DNA of 64,000 nucleotides, from positions 24,552,001-24,616,000 of the forward strand of contig OX597830.1 in the NCBI GenBank assembly GCA_951406725.2. The letters are read 5' to 3'. This document shows, in pieces, positions 1 to 13,002 of the stretch (positions are counted from its first letter, which is position 1; the number at the start of each line of letters is the position of its first letter). Source of the DNA: Octopus vulgaris (Eukaryota). The position numbers were made by a program, and so were the translations under genes. The notes under the pieces were generated by a model that made no database searches, had not been told where the DNA came from, and saw only the letters and a program-made list of their open reading frames with translations.

Positions 1-1059
1 CTTATAATTGGTACTTGTATACCTATGGATTTTTTTTTTGTTGAGAACACTCTGCTTTAAGTGGTCAGACCTGGATTCATCTGAACATAACTTTTCCTTG
101 ATTCAGATGTTAGAAACATAGCAATGGTCCTTCTTTATGGCTTAACCTCTCCGCCCCACCCCCAGCACACACAAAAAAAAAAATTAGATATATACAGTTT
201 GTGTAACGAGTCTCTTTTGGTGCTTAAACCATTGCACACAATGTTAAAACTCAAAGCAATGTAATTGTAGTAAAGTATACACATGAATATATTATAGTCT
301 GTGCTGTCCCTTGAAATTGATTTTAAATATTTTAAACTTTGAAGTGATTGGCTTAGGAAGCAGAGAAGAATGCAAATAGTTATATTTTTTTCTCATTAAA
401 ATTCTCAGTGCTAGATTTAGAGGAAGTTTTTGCATTTTGTAAACTCCTTTATATGAGCAACTCTAGCAGAAAATAATCAGTTTATCAATTTAATTTCTTC
501 AAATGGGTTTTTCAAGATTTTATTCTTGCTATAATTTGTAAACTTTTCTATGCAAACTTCATGGTAGGTATCAAATCAACATTGTTGCATATCTTTTGAC
601 TACGTTATTTTGTAGCTTCTTAGTATTTTTGTTTTTATATTTCATTAGGACTTTCCCTAAATAATCCCAGATCACTTAAAACAAGAAATCCATTCACGCT
701 GCAGAATACAGTGCAGCTGTATCCTTGGCAGGCTCTCTACAGCAAAGCCATCAGCTAGAGTGGTATGTTTGAACAATGCTGACTTACCTATTAAAACAAA
801 TGACCTCATAAAAGTGAGTGGGGTTATTGATACCAGTTATATTAACAAGGATTTGATCCTGGATCTTGCCAACTATGAAGTATTAGTCTTCCAAAATAAC
901 TCTTAGCATGGGAAGTGGGGAAGCCTTTTGATCTGGCTGATCCCTGTTTACAACTAACCAGTGCTGGATAAGGTCATTTTGAACTTGATATATTTTTGCA
1001 TATTTTGTATTCTTCATCTATCATTTTGAATCCAGGTTTTGTCCTCATTAATGGGATAG

Positions 1060-1475
1060 CCGAATCTACTTCAATGCCATAGCAACTGCTCACACCATCT
1101 CGCCATCTTTCCCAGTTTGGGGCCAACCCTCCCAATCTCCTCTTCCACCTGTCCCCTCCACATTTTCCTTGGTCTACCTCTTTTTCACTGTCCATTTACC
1201 TCAAACTCTAGCACCCTCTTCAGAACATGCTCCTCATACCCCCTCAACACATGCCCATAACACTGCACTCCATTTGCCCTTGCCAGCTGTTCCACTGATT
1301 CCTCTAACCCCAACATCCCTAGCAAGTTCTCAGTCCTCCTTTTATCAAACAGCCTCATACCACACATTTTCAGTTCTTCTCAAAATTGCCATCTCTCTCT
1401 CTCTCTCTCCCTCAAACACCAGGTCTCACTCCCATACAGCATAGCAGGTCTCACACTACTCCTATAGTCTTTCCT
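1060..1475 (-). mobile_element. RTE-clade LINE 3' remnant
   Basis: CYGHVLRGYEEHVLKRVLEFEVNGQ*KRGRPRKMW matches the RTE C-terminal WxGHVxR...RGRP motif. Confidence 0.8.
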
Positions 1476-3409
1476 TTCATCGCCAATGAGAACTTTTTTC
1501 CCATATAACAATTGTTGCTAATATTATGTCACTTCTATAATCGTTATAATACTGCTGGGTTCAAAGGAACAGCAGGGCTGTTACAGTTTAACAGCACTAT
1601 CAGAGGAGTTGCCAGAATGAAGGTATAATCAACGATGAACTGCCTTAAGGGCTCCAACTCCAGAGTTTTCTTTGATGCTTACTCCTGAATCCTCATAACT
1701 GGGTATCAGTAGAAGATAGTTGTGGAGTCAGTTTTTCTTCTAGATGGACTGCCTGCCAAGGCTGATGACTACCATTTGTCCTCATTAGGTAGGTAGTACT
1801 GGAGTTACATGGTAGCCAGTAGAAAAAAAGAAACCTAACTTGACTAACATAGATATGTACATGCTATTCCTCTTCCCTTCGATGGATTTTGTTTTTTTAT
1901 CCTGCAGGATTTCTAGTAATTATCCTCCTCACTAAGCAAACTTGGTGGGGTTGCCTGTTTAGCCACTGACCCAACTATGCAACAGGTTGTACTGGTTACT
2001 TGTTAGAAGTAGCACTCAGGAGTGACCTGACATAAAATTTATATTTTTACATTATATAAGCTTAAAACATTTACTACCAAGTTGATTCCACTTCATATCT
2101 TTTTATAAAATGATAATCATGTAACCTGGTTATACAAAACTTGTATGTAAATACAGATGGAGAATGTGTAGTCAACTAAGGAAAATTCCATCAACTGCTG
2201 GTAATTATCCTTTGACAACTGAGAACATTATCATCCCCATAATAGGGTATTATTACAAAACCCTACCTATCCAACAATAAGGTACTGTTTGAAAATTGCA
2301 GACATATAATCTACTGGAGCTAGTTGTAAAAATTCTAATTTGGATGGAATTTGACTTCCATGAGGTATTTTAAACAACAATAAGCCGGTTATACTTGTAT
2401 ACGTAGAAATGAATATAACACTAGGTTGGTAATATTCTGACCAACTCAGATGAGATTGAAACCAGTTACAAAGAGATTCGGAGAATGGCAGAATCCTAGC
2501 AGACAAGCAGCTAATTTCTAACCACAAAATAGTTGACTAAAATTATGGTACTTCTGCATTGCTTGATCAGGTATATTGTATTTGATCAATTAATATAAGT
2601 TAAAATATAAACTTCTTGGAACTAAAATCTCTTTGAAATGAGTAACTAAAATGCAAATGATATGAAACAATCTAATGGAACAAATGGGTCCTTTGTCAGT
2701 ACAGTTGATTAACCTACAGGAAATATTTTGTCAAAACCAGTTATTCATTGAATTATAGTACAAGTAGATGAGTATTCCAGACGTACTGTTAGTGTGGTCA
2801 ACAGAATTAGTATGATAATGTAACCATTATAATTACTGGGACAATCCATCTTGTGAGACTACAACTGGTATGTGTATAATCTTGCAAAGCTTGGCCTGAG
2901 TGTAGAGAAACCACTTGCCCAAAATGCTTGTAGTTCATTACAAGACATTTTAGTGAATTTCTTGATAAATAAAAATAGGTTGTGTACTTGCATCTAGATT
3001 TACTATAATGCTGATAGTATTACTAAAATATTCAGCTGTAAAATTACTATTCTTATGGTGTCTTATGTATTCAAAGAATACTTTTACAGTGGCGGAGACC
3101 AGTACAAGATCATGATCAGCAGTTATTTGGTCACTCTTTAGTCGGTCGACTAATGTTACATATATCACAGCATCTTTGTAGAGAAAGATAGACAAATTTA
3201 TAGAGAAAGACTATCAAGAGAAATAAACAAATAAATAATCAACATAGTCAAAATAGTCAGACAAATTGATCCTAATACTTTAGTTGCTAAATGAAAGACC
3301 ATCTTAGAAGAACACATTGATCACCAAGGTGGAATTACATTTAAATCTTCTAAAGGACAATACTCCTGGCTTTTTTTGGGACCCTTATAAATGGTGTAAA
3401 AGATAGCTG

Positions 3410-3625
3410 CTGTGTCAAAACTGATTAAGTCTTGTGAAGATGATCTGGCTAGAGGTGGACATGTCCATACCAGTGCATGTGATGGGAGACTGTGGGCTGG
3501 TATGTGTACACATGCAGCTCTTCATTGGAAATGTGGTGGCACAACCAAATGTTCTCAATGGCCTTCAGGGCTCTGCTGTCATGGTCATCTATCCTCTTGG
3601 CCAGGCACTTTGCAAGGACCATGTT
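3410..3625 (-). mobile_element. RTE-clade LINE fragment
   Basis: DSRALKAIENIWLCHHISNEEL...HWYGHV. Confidence 0.7.
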
Positions 3626-4569
3626 TCTTCTCTCTAAATGCAATGTTTTCTTTAAAAACATAGCAATTTCATTTTATAGGTTTCAATAGTTCTATTCTAA
3701 AAAGAATTTATTATGAAGACTGCTGATTTATTTCTCCATGTATATTACTGACAATATGCTTACAACTTTGTATTTGAGTATTAATAGTGATTGCATACCA
3801 TTTTAGCCCATCGTTAGTTTCCAAAATGGATCACTGGATCCTGTTGGAATTGTACATAGGTTACTATTGTAGTATAAAGAAGCTAAGAGCAATTAAATTA
3901 TTCCAGTGCTGACACCACTATTGAAATTTCCATTTATGATATCAAGGGTGTGGTCAATAATTGATGTTGCCTTTATATAGGACACTAAGGATATATTCCC
4001 ATACATACAGGTATATTCCCATGCAAACTTTAAAAATGATCCCCCCCCTCACTTTTGAAGCTTTAATTTTTGACTTCAGTTGTTGCATTTGCTTATTTTA
4101 TTGCTTCGTGCTTAAGAAGACCCATCAAGCTGAACAAAATTGCAGTTGCAGCAGATGCCGGTGCCACACAAACGCCACCCATGCCGGTGGCACCACGTAA
4201 AAGCACTCATTCTACTCTCGGAGTGGTTGCTGTTAGGAAGGGTATCCAGCCATAGAAAACCGTGCCAAATCATTGCAGCTTGGCACAGCCTTTTAATGTG
4301 CCAGCCCAGTCAAACTGTCCAACCCATGCCAGCATGAACAATGGACATCAAATGATGTCTGTGAGGCTAATGACATCTGCTTGTTTGTAGTAGTAGTAGT
4401 AGTATTTTTAACTGGATTTATTCTATATTGGATGTGGCTTTTTGTTGAGATTGATGTAGTCCTATTCTTTTTTTCTGTAGCTTTTTGAAATTGGCTTCAT
4501 TTGAAGATGTTAATTGTATGATACTTGCTTTATGTGAATACTCCTTTGTACCTTATGTGTGGGACATGA

Positions 4570-5110
4570 CAAAATTCTGTGAAGTTTTCTTCATATTCGT
4601 CAGATGAGTAGTGTGTGTCACTCATCAGACACAGTTGTCCTTTTCTAATGAACCATAGTACTTCTGGTTTACTGTCTGACTACATAGAGCATACTTATGA
4701 ACAATACAATGTTTTCATCAGTTCTGTCTGTGACATGTCACTGTCGACAGTTTGTCAGTGATCTTTGAAACCTTTTAAACCACTCAAGCATTTGTCCAGC
4801 TCATATACTGCTCCCCTTACACTTGATGCAATTTTTACAAAAGTCTCTGCAGAAATCACCAAGCTTTTGGCTAAATTTGAAGATTCTCTGCTCAATTTGT
4901 CAGTGACACAACTACACTAAACATTTCCAAGCACTGCTATAAAAAGGAGTGAGTGAGAATGCTATAACTTGGTATAGATAGACCTTCACCTGTTGCATAT
5001 GCACATTAAGCCACTTCACACTGCATACTTTAGCTCTATTACCATAGCAACAGTCCTGATACTCAGTGATCAGAAATTGCCAAATAGAAATGTATTCACA
5101 ATCCCTCTTG
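4570..5110 (-). mobile_element. Mariner-like DNA transposon remnant
   Basis: Terminal sequence (cttcacactgcatac...catagcaacagtcctgatac) is shared with the mariner pieces at 14420-14770 and 17445-17790. Confidence 0.5.
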
Positions 5111-5406
5111 AATATACTTTGAAGATTTTGGTATGGAGTTTAATTTGGTTTCTTGATAATTTAGAAACTCTGAGAATGAGTGGCACTTATATTGATTCTT
5201 GGGATGAGCTATGGAAATTAGATATTTTAAAACCAATGTGGCCATATATATTCTAAGTGTCAAATCATTTGCTAGTATGAAGCTGAATTGTACTGAATAA
5301 GCTATTAAAAGGCTACTCCTTAAAATATTATGGAGAAGTACTTGCATAGCAAGTGACCTGATCTGAGAAACACACAAACACCGTTAGATTCACTTCAACA
5401 TTTAAA

Positions 5407-5457
5407 TTTGTCAAAACATTTTCGTCGCTTTGAGACCAAAACCTGTTCACTGACAAA
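5407..5457 (-). ncRNA. Hammerhead-like fold with G3-C8 core covariation
   Basis: Minus strand UUUGUCA-GUGAACA-G GUUUUGGUCUCAAAGCGAC-GAAA-AUGU-UU-UGACAAA; 7-bp stem I; stem II partly decayed. Confidence 0.5.
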
Positions 5458-5581
5458 ATCCAAATCTGAAGTGGACTTAAGTCAGAAACTTCCTGTTAAA
5501 ACATGAGATTTTGCACAATGTTTGATATGTGGCCATGCTATTTTATACTTCAAGCCTCAACTAAAGGTCTTTTTTATTGAT

Positions 5582-6044
5582 GTAGGTATGACATAATCTT
5601 TTGAAATGTTGTTTTTTGACAATTAGTTACAATCAACTAGCTTCAACATATTTAATTATTGGTGTGAATATTAAGCATGATTTAAATCTGTTTGTCTACT
5701 TTTTCCTTTCATGCTTAAAGGAATAAGCTTAAAAATGGGATGAAATTTGCCTTTTAAATATAGTTCACTTATTGTTAGTAATTTTGCAACTTTTTAATAT
5801 TGAACCCATGGGAAAATAGAACTTTAAGATTTCTTTGCAATTACCTAAACTGCAAGCAGTTATGTGGTAGTTACAAAATGTATGTTGATGAAAACTATGG
5901 AAACTAGATAAGTATTAGCTATAGCAAATGTTCAATATTTGGAGAATATGTTAGAAAAGTAGAAAGTGTATATTCTGTAAGTGATGTCTCTGTAGTTCTT
6001 TGAGATGCAGATTGGCTTTCTTTGGAAATGGGAGTATGCAGCCT
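5582..6044 (+). repeat. ~465-bp direct repeat, second copy at 7729-8198
   Basis: Long shared blocks such as ttctttgcaattacctaaactgcaagcagttatgtggtagttacaaaatgtatgttgatga. Confidence 0.9.
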
Positions 6045-6049
6045 TATAT

Positions 6050-7320
6050 CTATTTGTCAATGGTGCTTCCATTATTGACTGTATTGCAGAAGCTTAAAAG
6101 AATGTCATTGAACTCTCCTGTTTTCCAGACATGTGGAATGTTATCCAGTCCAGCTGCCTTTCACTTTCTAGTACTTTTAAAGACTTACTACAGTTCCTTG
6201 ATATTGAAATTGCCAGCTATGATATCTAGGGTGTGGTTAATAATCAATGTTACTTTATCAAATACAGAGTATATTCCCAAACAAATTTTGAAAATGATCC
6301 CTCCACTTTTTATGCTTCAATTTTTGACTTGGTTTTGCATCTCCTTGTCTTATAACATCTGCTTGTTTGCAGCACTGTTTTTAACTTGATTTATTTTACA
6401 TTGGATGTGGTTTGTTGTTGAGATTGTAGCCTTATTCGTTCTTTCTGTAGGTCTTTGAAACTGGCTTCATTGAAGGGTGTTGGATGTATACTGTTTACTA
6501 TATTAGTACATCCTATGGTGTTTAGAGTTTGGTATTTATACATAGTGAACCTCAAGTATAAATTCAGTTAGATATTGGCCATTTGTTTGTCATTTTGTCC
6601 AACCCATTCGATCATGGAAAATAGATGATAAATGTGTGGAATTCCTATGGGCGTTGACTCTTTCAAGATGGGCATTCATATTGCCTCCAGTTACAAGAGC
6701 ATGGTTCTGGCCACATTGTCGAGAATGCCATAGTAGTTAAATCCTGTACTGAAATGAATTGATTTCAAAGTGTTCCAATTAGAGATAGCTTGGTGTGCTG
6801 TGCAATAAAGGGAATTTGGAAGACTGAAACAGTTCAACAGAAAGTGAATTTGATGGGCATTCAATTGGGTATAATTTGCAGGTCAGAGTAATTGTAAAAC
6901 TGTTTAAAGTACTATTCACCAATTTTTTGTTGATCATTTAAATTTGATGGTTCTTCAATCCCTTGGCATAGATGAATGTATATAGCTTGGAGAGTTTCTT
7001 TTGCAATATGTTTAAATCTACTGGTTTTGAGAATAAATTCAGTTAGCTATTAGCAAGTTATTTGTAGCCTGTTCATAGAATTTGTCCATTCCGTGCCAGC
7101 ATGAAAATTGTATGTTAAATGTTGTGTGGAATATGTATTTTTGGGCTTTCACTCCTTCAAGATGGGCATTCATATTGGCTCCAGTTGAGAGCACTGTGCG
7201 TTGGTATTTGTCCTCACAGAAAGAGAAAGAGCTTGATAACAATTGCAAACTTCAACTGCGATATTTGTTGGTGAATAGTAAGATAAGTAATGTCTCTGAA
7301 TTTTCTTGATTAGAAACTTT
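6050..7320 (-). mobile_element. Decayed non-LTR retrotransposon (APE endonuclease/RT), partly duplicated at 3700-4520
   Basis: KAAGLDNIP near 6135-6165; GxNMNAH (GDFNA-like) near 6670 and 7165; 6220-6500 is similar to 3940-4520. Confidence 0.6.
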
Positions 7321-9083
7321 TAGCATTCTTGCATGAATTTTCATTATTCCATTTAAACATTTTTGCAACAGAATTGGAAGAATTACTCCAAGCTGAGGCT
7401 GAAAATGCAAGTTCAGTCTCTACCTACCCCATATTCAGCTATGATAGAATTCTTGACAAAACTTTCAGTTGTGGCCATTATGTATTTCTGTCCATTGTTC
7501 AATCTTTTTAGGATTACTCTTGAGAGCTTCCTTGGAAATACCCTACTTTTACACCCTACCAGGACATTTTATGTGTGTAAAAGTAATCAATCCCAATAAG
7601 ACCTACTTTGACACAAACAATACTAACTGGTGATTTAAGAAATGCCAAACTCTGCTTACAATACCAGTTTATGCAAAACTGAAAATATTTTTATACTCCA
7701 GTCTTCAGTTAATGGTACGTCAACTGTTGCAGGTATGACATAATCCTTTAATGTTGCTTCTTGACAATTAGTTACAACGAATTAGCTTTTTCAGAGTATT
7801 AGTAAATTGACAAAGAGTAAATATTAAGCATGACTGGATCTCTTTCTATAATTCCTTCTACAACTGAGGGAATAAGTGAAAAAATGGGATGAAATTTACC
7901 TTTTAAATATAATTCACTTACTGTACCAATTTTGTACCTTTTTAAATATTGAACCCATGGGAAAATAGAGCTCAAAGATTTCTTTGCAATTACCTAAACT
8001 GCAAGCAGTTATGTGGTAGTTACAAAATGTATGTTGATGAGAACAATGGAATCTTGATAAGTATTAGCTATATCAAATGTTCAATATTTGAAGAATATTT
8101 TAGAAAAGTAGAAAGTGTATATTCTGTAAGTGATGTCTCTGTAGTTCTTTGAGATGCAGATTGACTTTTTTTTTTTTGGAAATGGGAGTATGCAGCCTCA
8201 TGTCTAAAAACTCATATGGTGACATGATATACCTATATTGCGCCAAAGGCTAAAATTACAGGCGTTTTGAAATACTTACTCTGAGATCATTATTGCTTTA
8301 AAAAACCTGTTTATTCTGCTGTTTTAAGTTTATAGAAGAAAAAAGTTTCTCTGACTGATACACATTGTCTTTGAAATGTTATTGCTGCTTCCGTGAATGT
8401 TATGTCAAGGTCACCATGGTTACAACTATCCACTTTCATTGTCATTCATATCTACGGGTGTTTTCCTGTTTATCATTCACTGTTCTTACATGGCTCTTTG
8501 TTCATTATCTAAGATATTTTGTATGAATATTTTACAGTAGATTTGTGGCCTTCATAGTATAATTGGATCACAACTTCCTGTACATGTGAGAATTATTTCA
8601 ATAATCAGTTTTTCCTGCTTGTCACAGGGACAAGTATGAATATTATTAATGGAGTATTTAAAATTTCCCTCTAAAATCACACTAATATATGTATATTCAA
8701 TAGTTCAGATGAGATCCAGATATTCTCTGTATATGATGCATAGTAGTACTCAAGATTGAAACTTACTCTGATATATTTATAGGGATCATTCCAAAAGCTA
8801 AAGAAAGGCATCAAGAGGGATCAAGTTGAGGGGGTACAGAAGCAATTATTGGGATACAAATAAATTGTCTAAATTATGCATAAATGAAAATAACTCATTT
8901 TAGCAGATAGACAGGGTGGGGCAGAGGGGATGGAAGTTTTAGAAAAATTCAATCATTAATTTTAGCTGCAAACAAATTTTATGAACATAGATGTGTTCAT
9001 ATTTAATTAGCATTTGTAAAAATCACATGTGGAAAACATCTATATTGTGGTGTCTGTTTTTACTGATTGCTTCCCTAGATTTG

Positions 9084-9860
9084 GCCTCTACCAGCAGGCA
9101 CCCTCTTGACCCAGGGCAGCACTATCTCCTCCAGGCACTCGATCTAGGCTGCCATGTTGAGTTTGAGGCTGTGGGAAGATGAATGGAGGTTTGTCACCAT
9201 AACTAGTGATCACGCCAGGATATTGACTGGATGTTTGATTTTTAGCACTCTGTACATGTTTTGGGGACATAAACCAACAATTATTCTGTGTTCACTGTCT
9301 GATCCTGACAAATTTTTCTCATCTGAGAAAAACTAAAGCATGTCCTGTTGGAAGGGATGCTTGAGCTTCATCGCATGGTCTTTCCTCTTGTCCTTAATGG
9401 CTTGGGATAAAAATTGGCCCTTATCTTGTACAAGGAATACTGAATGTCTTCATGCACTACCTGCCTGATAAACTTACACTCGTATCCCTGGCGATGGACC
9501 TGATTGACTTGGAGGGATCGTTGTCAATCATAGTCTGGCCCTCGCCGACAAATTCTTTTATCAGAATGATCAGTGAGTTTTCCAAGCTGCCATACCTTTA
9601 ATCACAATTATTCATCCAACTCTTTCAGAATCCTCTGCACTGTCTTCAGAATGACACCCAAATACTCTGGAATGTTTGTATTGGAGCTTCCAGCATGAAT
9701 GCCCGCAGCATGTCGTTTCCAAATTTCTGGCAGTGAATTGTATCATGATACTGTTTTTGTTAAAGATGGTGTCTAACTGACCCTAATATACTGTGTAGTC
9801 AACATAAAAAACAATGGGCATTCCCAAATGAACAACGTAATGTAATCTGATGGTAGAATT
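9084..9860 (-). mobile_element. Tc1/mariner-superfamily (maT/DD37D-like) transposase pseudogene
   Basis: Fragments IDNDPSKSIRSIARD, GQFLSQAIKDKRKDH, FFSDEKN, GVITSYGDKPPFIFP and CLEEIVLPWVKRV with stops and frameshifts. Confidence 0.85.
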
Positions 9861-9933
9861 TCGTCAGTTAGGTACTCCAAAGTCAGAAGGCTGGAACATA
9901 CATATATATACATATATTTTATTTTATAGAAGG

Positions 9934-9984
9934 AGCTTCTACAGGACTAGAACTGTTTCATTCAGATGAAATCTTCAGGAAGCT
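9934..9984 (-). ncRNA. Type I hammerhead ribozyme fold with a full stem III
   Basis: Minus strand AGCUUC-CUGAAGA-UUUC AUCU GAAU-GAAA-CAG UUCUAGUC CUG-UA-GAAGCU; 6-bp stem I, GUA cleavage triplet, U-U mismatch at the base of stem II. Confidence 0.65.
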
Positions 9985-10671
9985 GGCTGTCAAAAAAAAA
10001 AAATATATATATATATATATAAATTTAATAAGGGTAGAAATTGATATTAATCAATTAAAACCAGTAGTCCAGCATATTAAAAAAAATCCGAAGATTAAAA
10101 TATTTTTACATACAAAATTTCAAGGACTGACCACTAAAAGTGAACGGCCAGCATGCTAGATATAGACGTCAAATCGCTATTTTCCACAAAGAATGTTCTC
10201 AAAATTTTATATATATATATATATATAAGGTTAATCCAAACGGGAAAACAGAAAAAACAACACGTGGAACAATTACAGTATTATTATTATTAGGCGCTCA
10301 GGAAAATATATATATATATATATATATATACAGACAGACAGACAGACAGACATGATGGATGGATGGATTAAAAGGAAATATTTCAGGTTGGGTAAACCAC
10401 TATCAATGCATCTTGCCAGATTGGCCTCAATTCCCTTTCGATTACTTCTGTTGACTCCAATATAATTTTGTCTTTTATGGAGTACATTTTGAATACAATC
10501 ATCTTCTGCCATATTTTCATTATTGTCACCATCCCTATCCACCATGATTTCGAAACTTGTACTTCACATTTACCTGCCTTCTGGGAATCTCCGTGGCTTT
10601 AGTGAAGGTCCTTCCCTTCAAACACCTGTCCATGTTCTGCACCTATCTCGCAATAAATTTAATGCAGAAAC

Positions 10672-11030
10672 CTGAAATTTTTTAACTGCAAAATTAATTA
10701 GGCCTCCTTTTCAATTTGATTATATTTCCTTTCTGCCGCTATTAATGAACATGAAGCATGAACCACTGACTTTGTGCTTCTGTCTTCATACTGAAGTAGA
10801 ACTGCACCTAATCCATGCTTGGAAGCATCAGATACTACAATGATGTCCATTTCAGTATCATAGTGTCCGAGATTACAATTTATTTCTTCAAAAGTGTTCT
10901 GGCATTTACTGAACCGATTCCACTTTACTCCTTTTTTAATAAGTTATTCAATGGAGCACGTGTGCATATTAGGAATGTAGCTTTGATAGTAGTTTGCCAA
11001 TCCATGAAATGCTTGTAAAGTTGGAATATC
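10672..11030 (-). mobile_element. Ty3/Gypsy RT-RNase H remnant
   Basis: GLANYYQSYIPNM..APLNNLLKK..DIIVVSDASKHGLGAVLLQ..AERKYNQIEKEA. Confidence 0.85.
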
Positions 11031-13002
11031 TGTCAGTGCAGGCATATTCCTTATTGCGTCTACCCTCGACGGGTCAGGACGTTAACCATTATTTCAAGGG
11101 GTTGTACGGCGAGACAGAACTAAACCCACACATGAAGCAAAGCTTTTTACCATGCAGCCATCCTTGTACTTATAGTAACTGCTCTACATGTAAAGACAAG
11201 AGCAATATATCAAGTTTACTGTGACTGTGGGTTCAAATCTAACCATATGAGCAGTTCACTTTCACATGGGAAAATAGTTATTACAGTGTATTGAGATTTG
11301 TGAAAGCATTACCAAGTAACCAGACATTTGTAGTTGTCTCTTTCATTCTATAGATAAGATTTCCTACTTGATATAGTGAAGAATAAAATAACTCAAGTGA
11401 CTGACAGAATACAGCTTTCAAAGATTTTCTATAAGCTTACTCTTTCAGCACATCCTGTGTGAACTTGTACACCATTATAAGCACCAAGTTGTTTTTCTTG
11501 GTTTTCAAAATGACCATGTAATCTCATTGGGATCTGTTCTGTTTAATTCTATATTCTGGTTCACTCAACCGTGGTGCAGATCTATTGATAAAACCAACAA
11601 AAATGTACAGCTTGACTACACATAAAAACCTGAGAAAGGTTAACAATTGTGACACAAGTACTATTTTCTTTCACCTCCACCTCTTCTCCATCTACAATAA
11701 TTTGGATGGAAACCAGTTTTGTATTTGGAATATTTAGTGGTTTGTTCTCTTCATATCCAATTCATCAACTGGCTTGATGTGATAAGTATCAATTTTGTCA
11801 TCACTTTAATTTTAACAATAGTTATAATGGGTGAATATATTCATCTCAATGTAACTTGCTAGCAATAAAATTTTGCCATTACAATGCCATTACAATGGGA
11901 ATTTACACCACTCCCACTTTGTCACTTCCTAGTACCAGTGAATTTGGGCATTCCCAACAAGTGGCCACCCTTTAAACATGGTTGCCCATAGCAGCAAATT
12001 GCTTTTCCAGTTTTATCTCAGTATGTTCTTGGTCAATACATGTAAAGTGAGGTCTTCGTCTTGATCTTCTGCTGTGATTAGTATGTTAGATACTGCTTTG
12101 GTAACCTGTCTTGTCTTTGCTTCTCTGGCAACAAATAAACCTTAAATTTCATTGTCAATCTATTTCCAGTCTCAGCCACATTACATCAAAATTCAACATT
12201 TGGTTTTGTTTTGTGGTGTTTTTCCTGTTGCATTGCCACTGATTTTGTAAAACTTTCATTAGGGCCCATGTTCTGCCAGGATATATCATTTTCTTTATGA
12301 TGAATCTGTTTCAGGTCAAGACTTGATTTCCATGGTGTAAATTCAGTAACTTATTTGGTCTGAAAACTAAATCTTAGTTTTCAAGCTCTACTTACCATTA
12401 TCAATATTTAGTACTCTTCATTTATTCATCAAAAATCTAAGTTGATCAAGAAAAATGTGCAGACAGTTAAATAACATTAGTATAAATGTATGTGTCGCAG
12501 TAGTGCATCACTGCACCCACCATTTGTTGGTGATTCTCTGCTCCTAGTGGATGACACCTTTGCACTACTAAGGAAACATCCCTCCAACTAATGGGTCTGT
12601 TTGAGTTGACGTTGTTGGTGGGTTTTACAAAGCTGAAGTGCAACTCCTACCTCAATTCAATATTTCCTCTGCATGTTGTAAAATGTAACTAAAAAAAAAA
12701 AGTTCAGTCTTTGACCTGCCAGTCCCCGTGCAGCAGGGCCAACAAATCTTTTATTTGATTTGAGTGATAAGTGTTACTTTCCGAAACTGGGAATTACATT
12801 CTTTAGGTTAGTTTATAAAATAATAAATCTAGCAAAACTTGTAGGAAAATTTGGGAATAGGACAGACCTAAGTTATTTGTGAAATGTTTTGAATTCTCTA
12901 CTTGGAGAAAGATGGGGTCTGTTCAGTTGGCTTGCATATCTCTGTAATCTAATTATTTTCAGTATCTGTCACCACCTTTTGGTTCTCCTTTTGAAAATCC
13001 AA

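Noticed and set aside
649-762. Coding exon (tttcattag acceptor, gtatgt donor)
   Set aside because: Stops occur in all three frames within the candidate exon.
6000-6389. 129-aa ORF
   Set aside because: Antisense shadow of a decayed LINE RT region.
11280-12500. Possible LTR-retrotransposon gag/zinc-knuckle remnant
   Set aside because: Only a weak C..GH..CP trace; too degraded to support.
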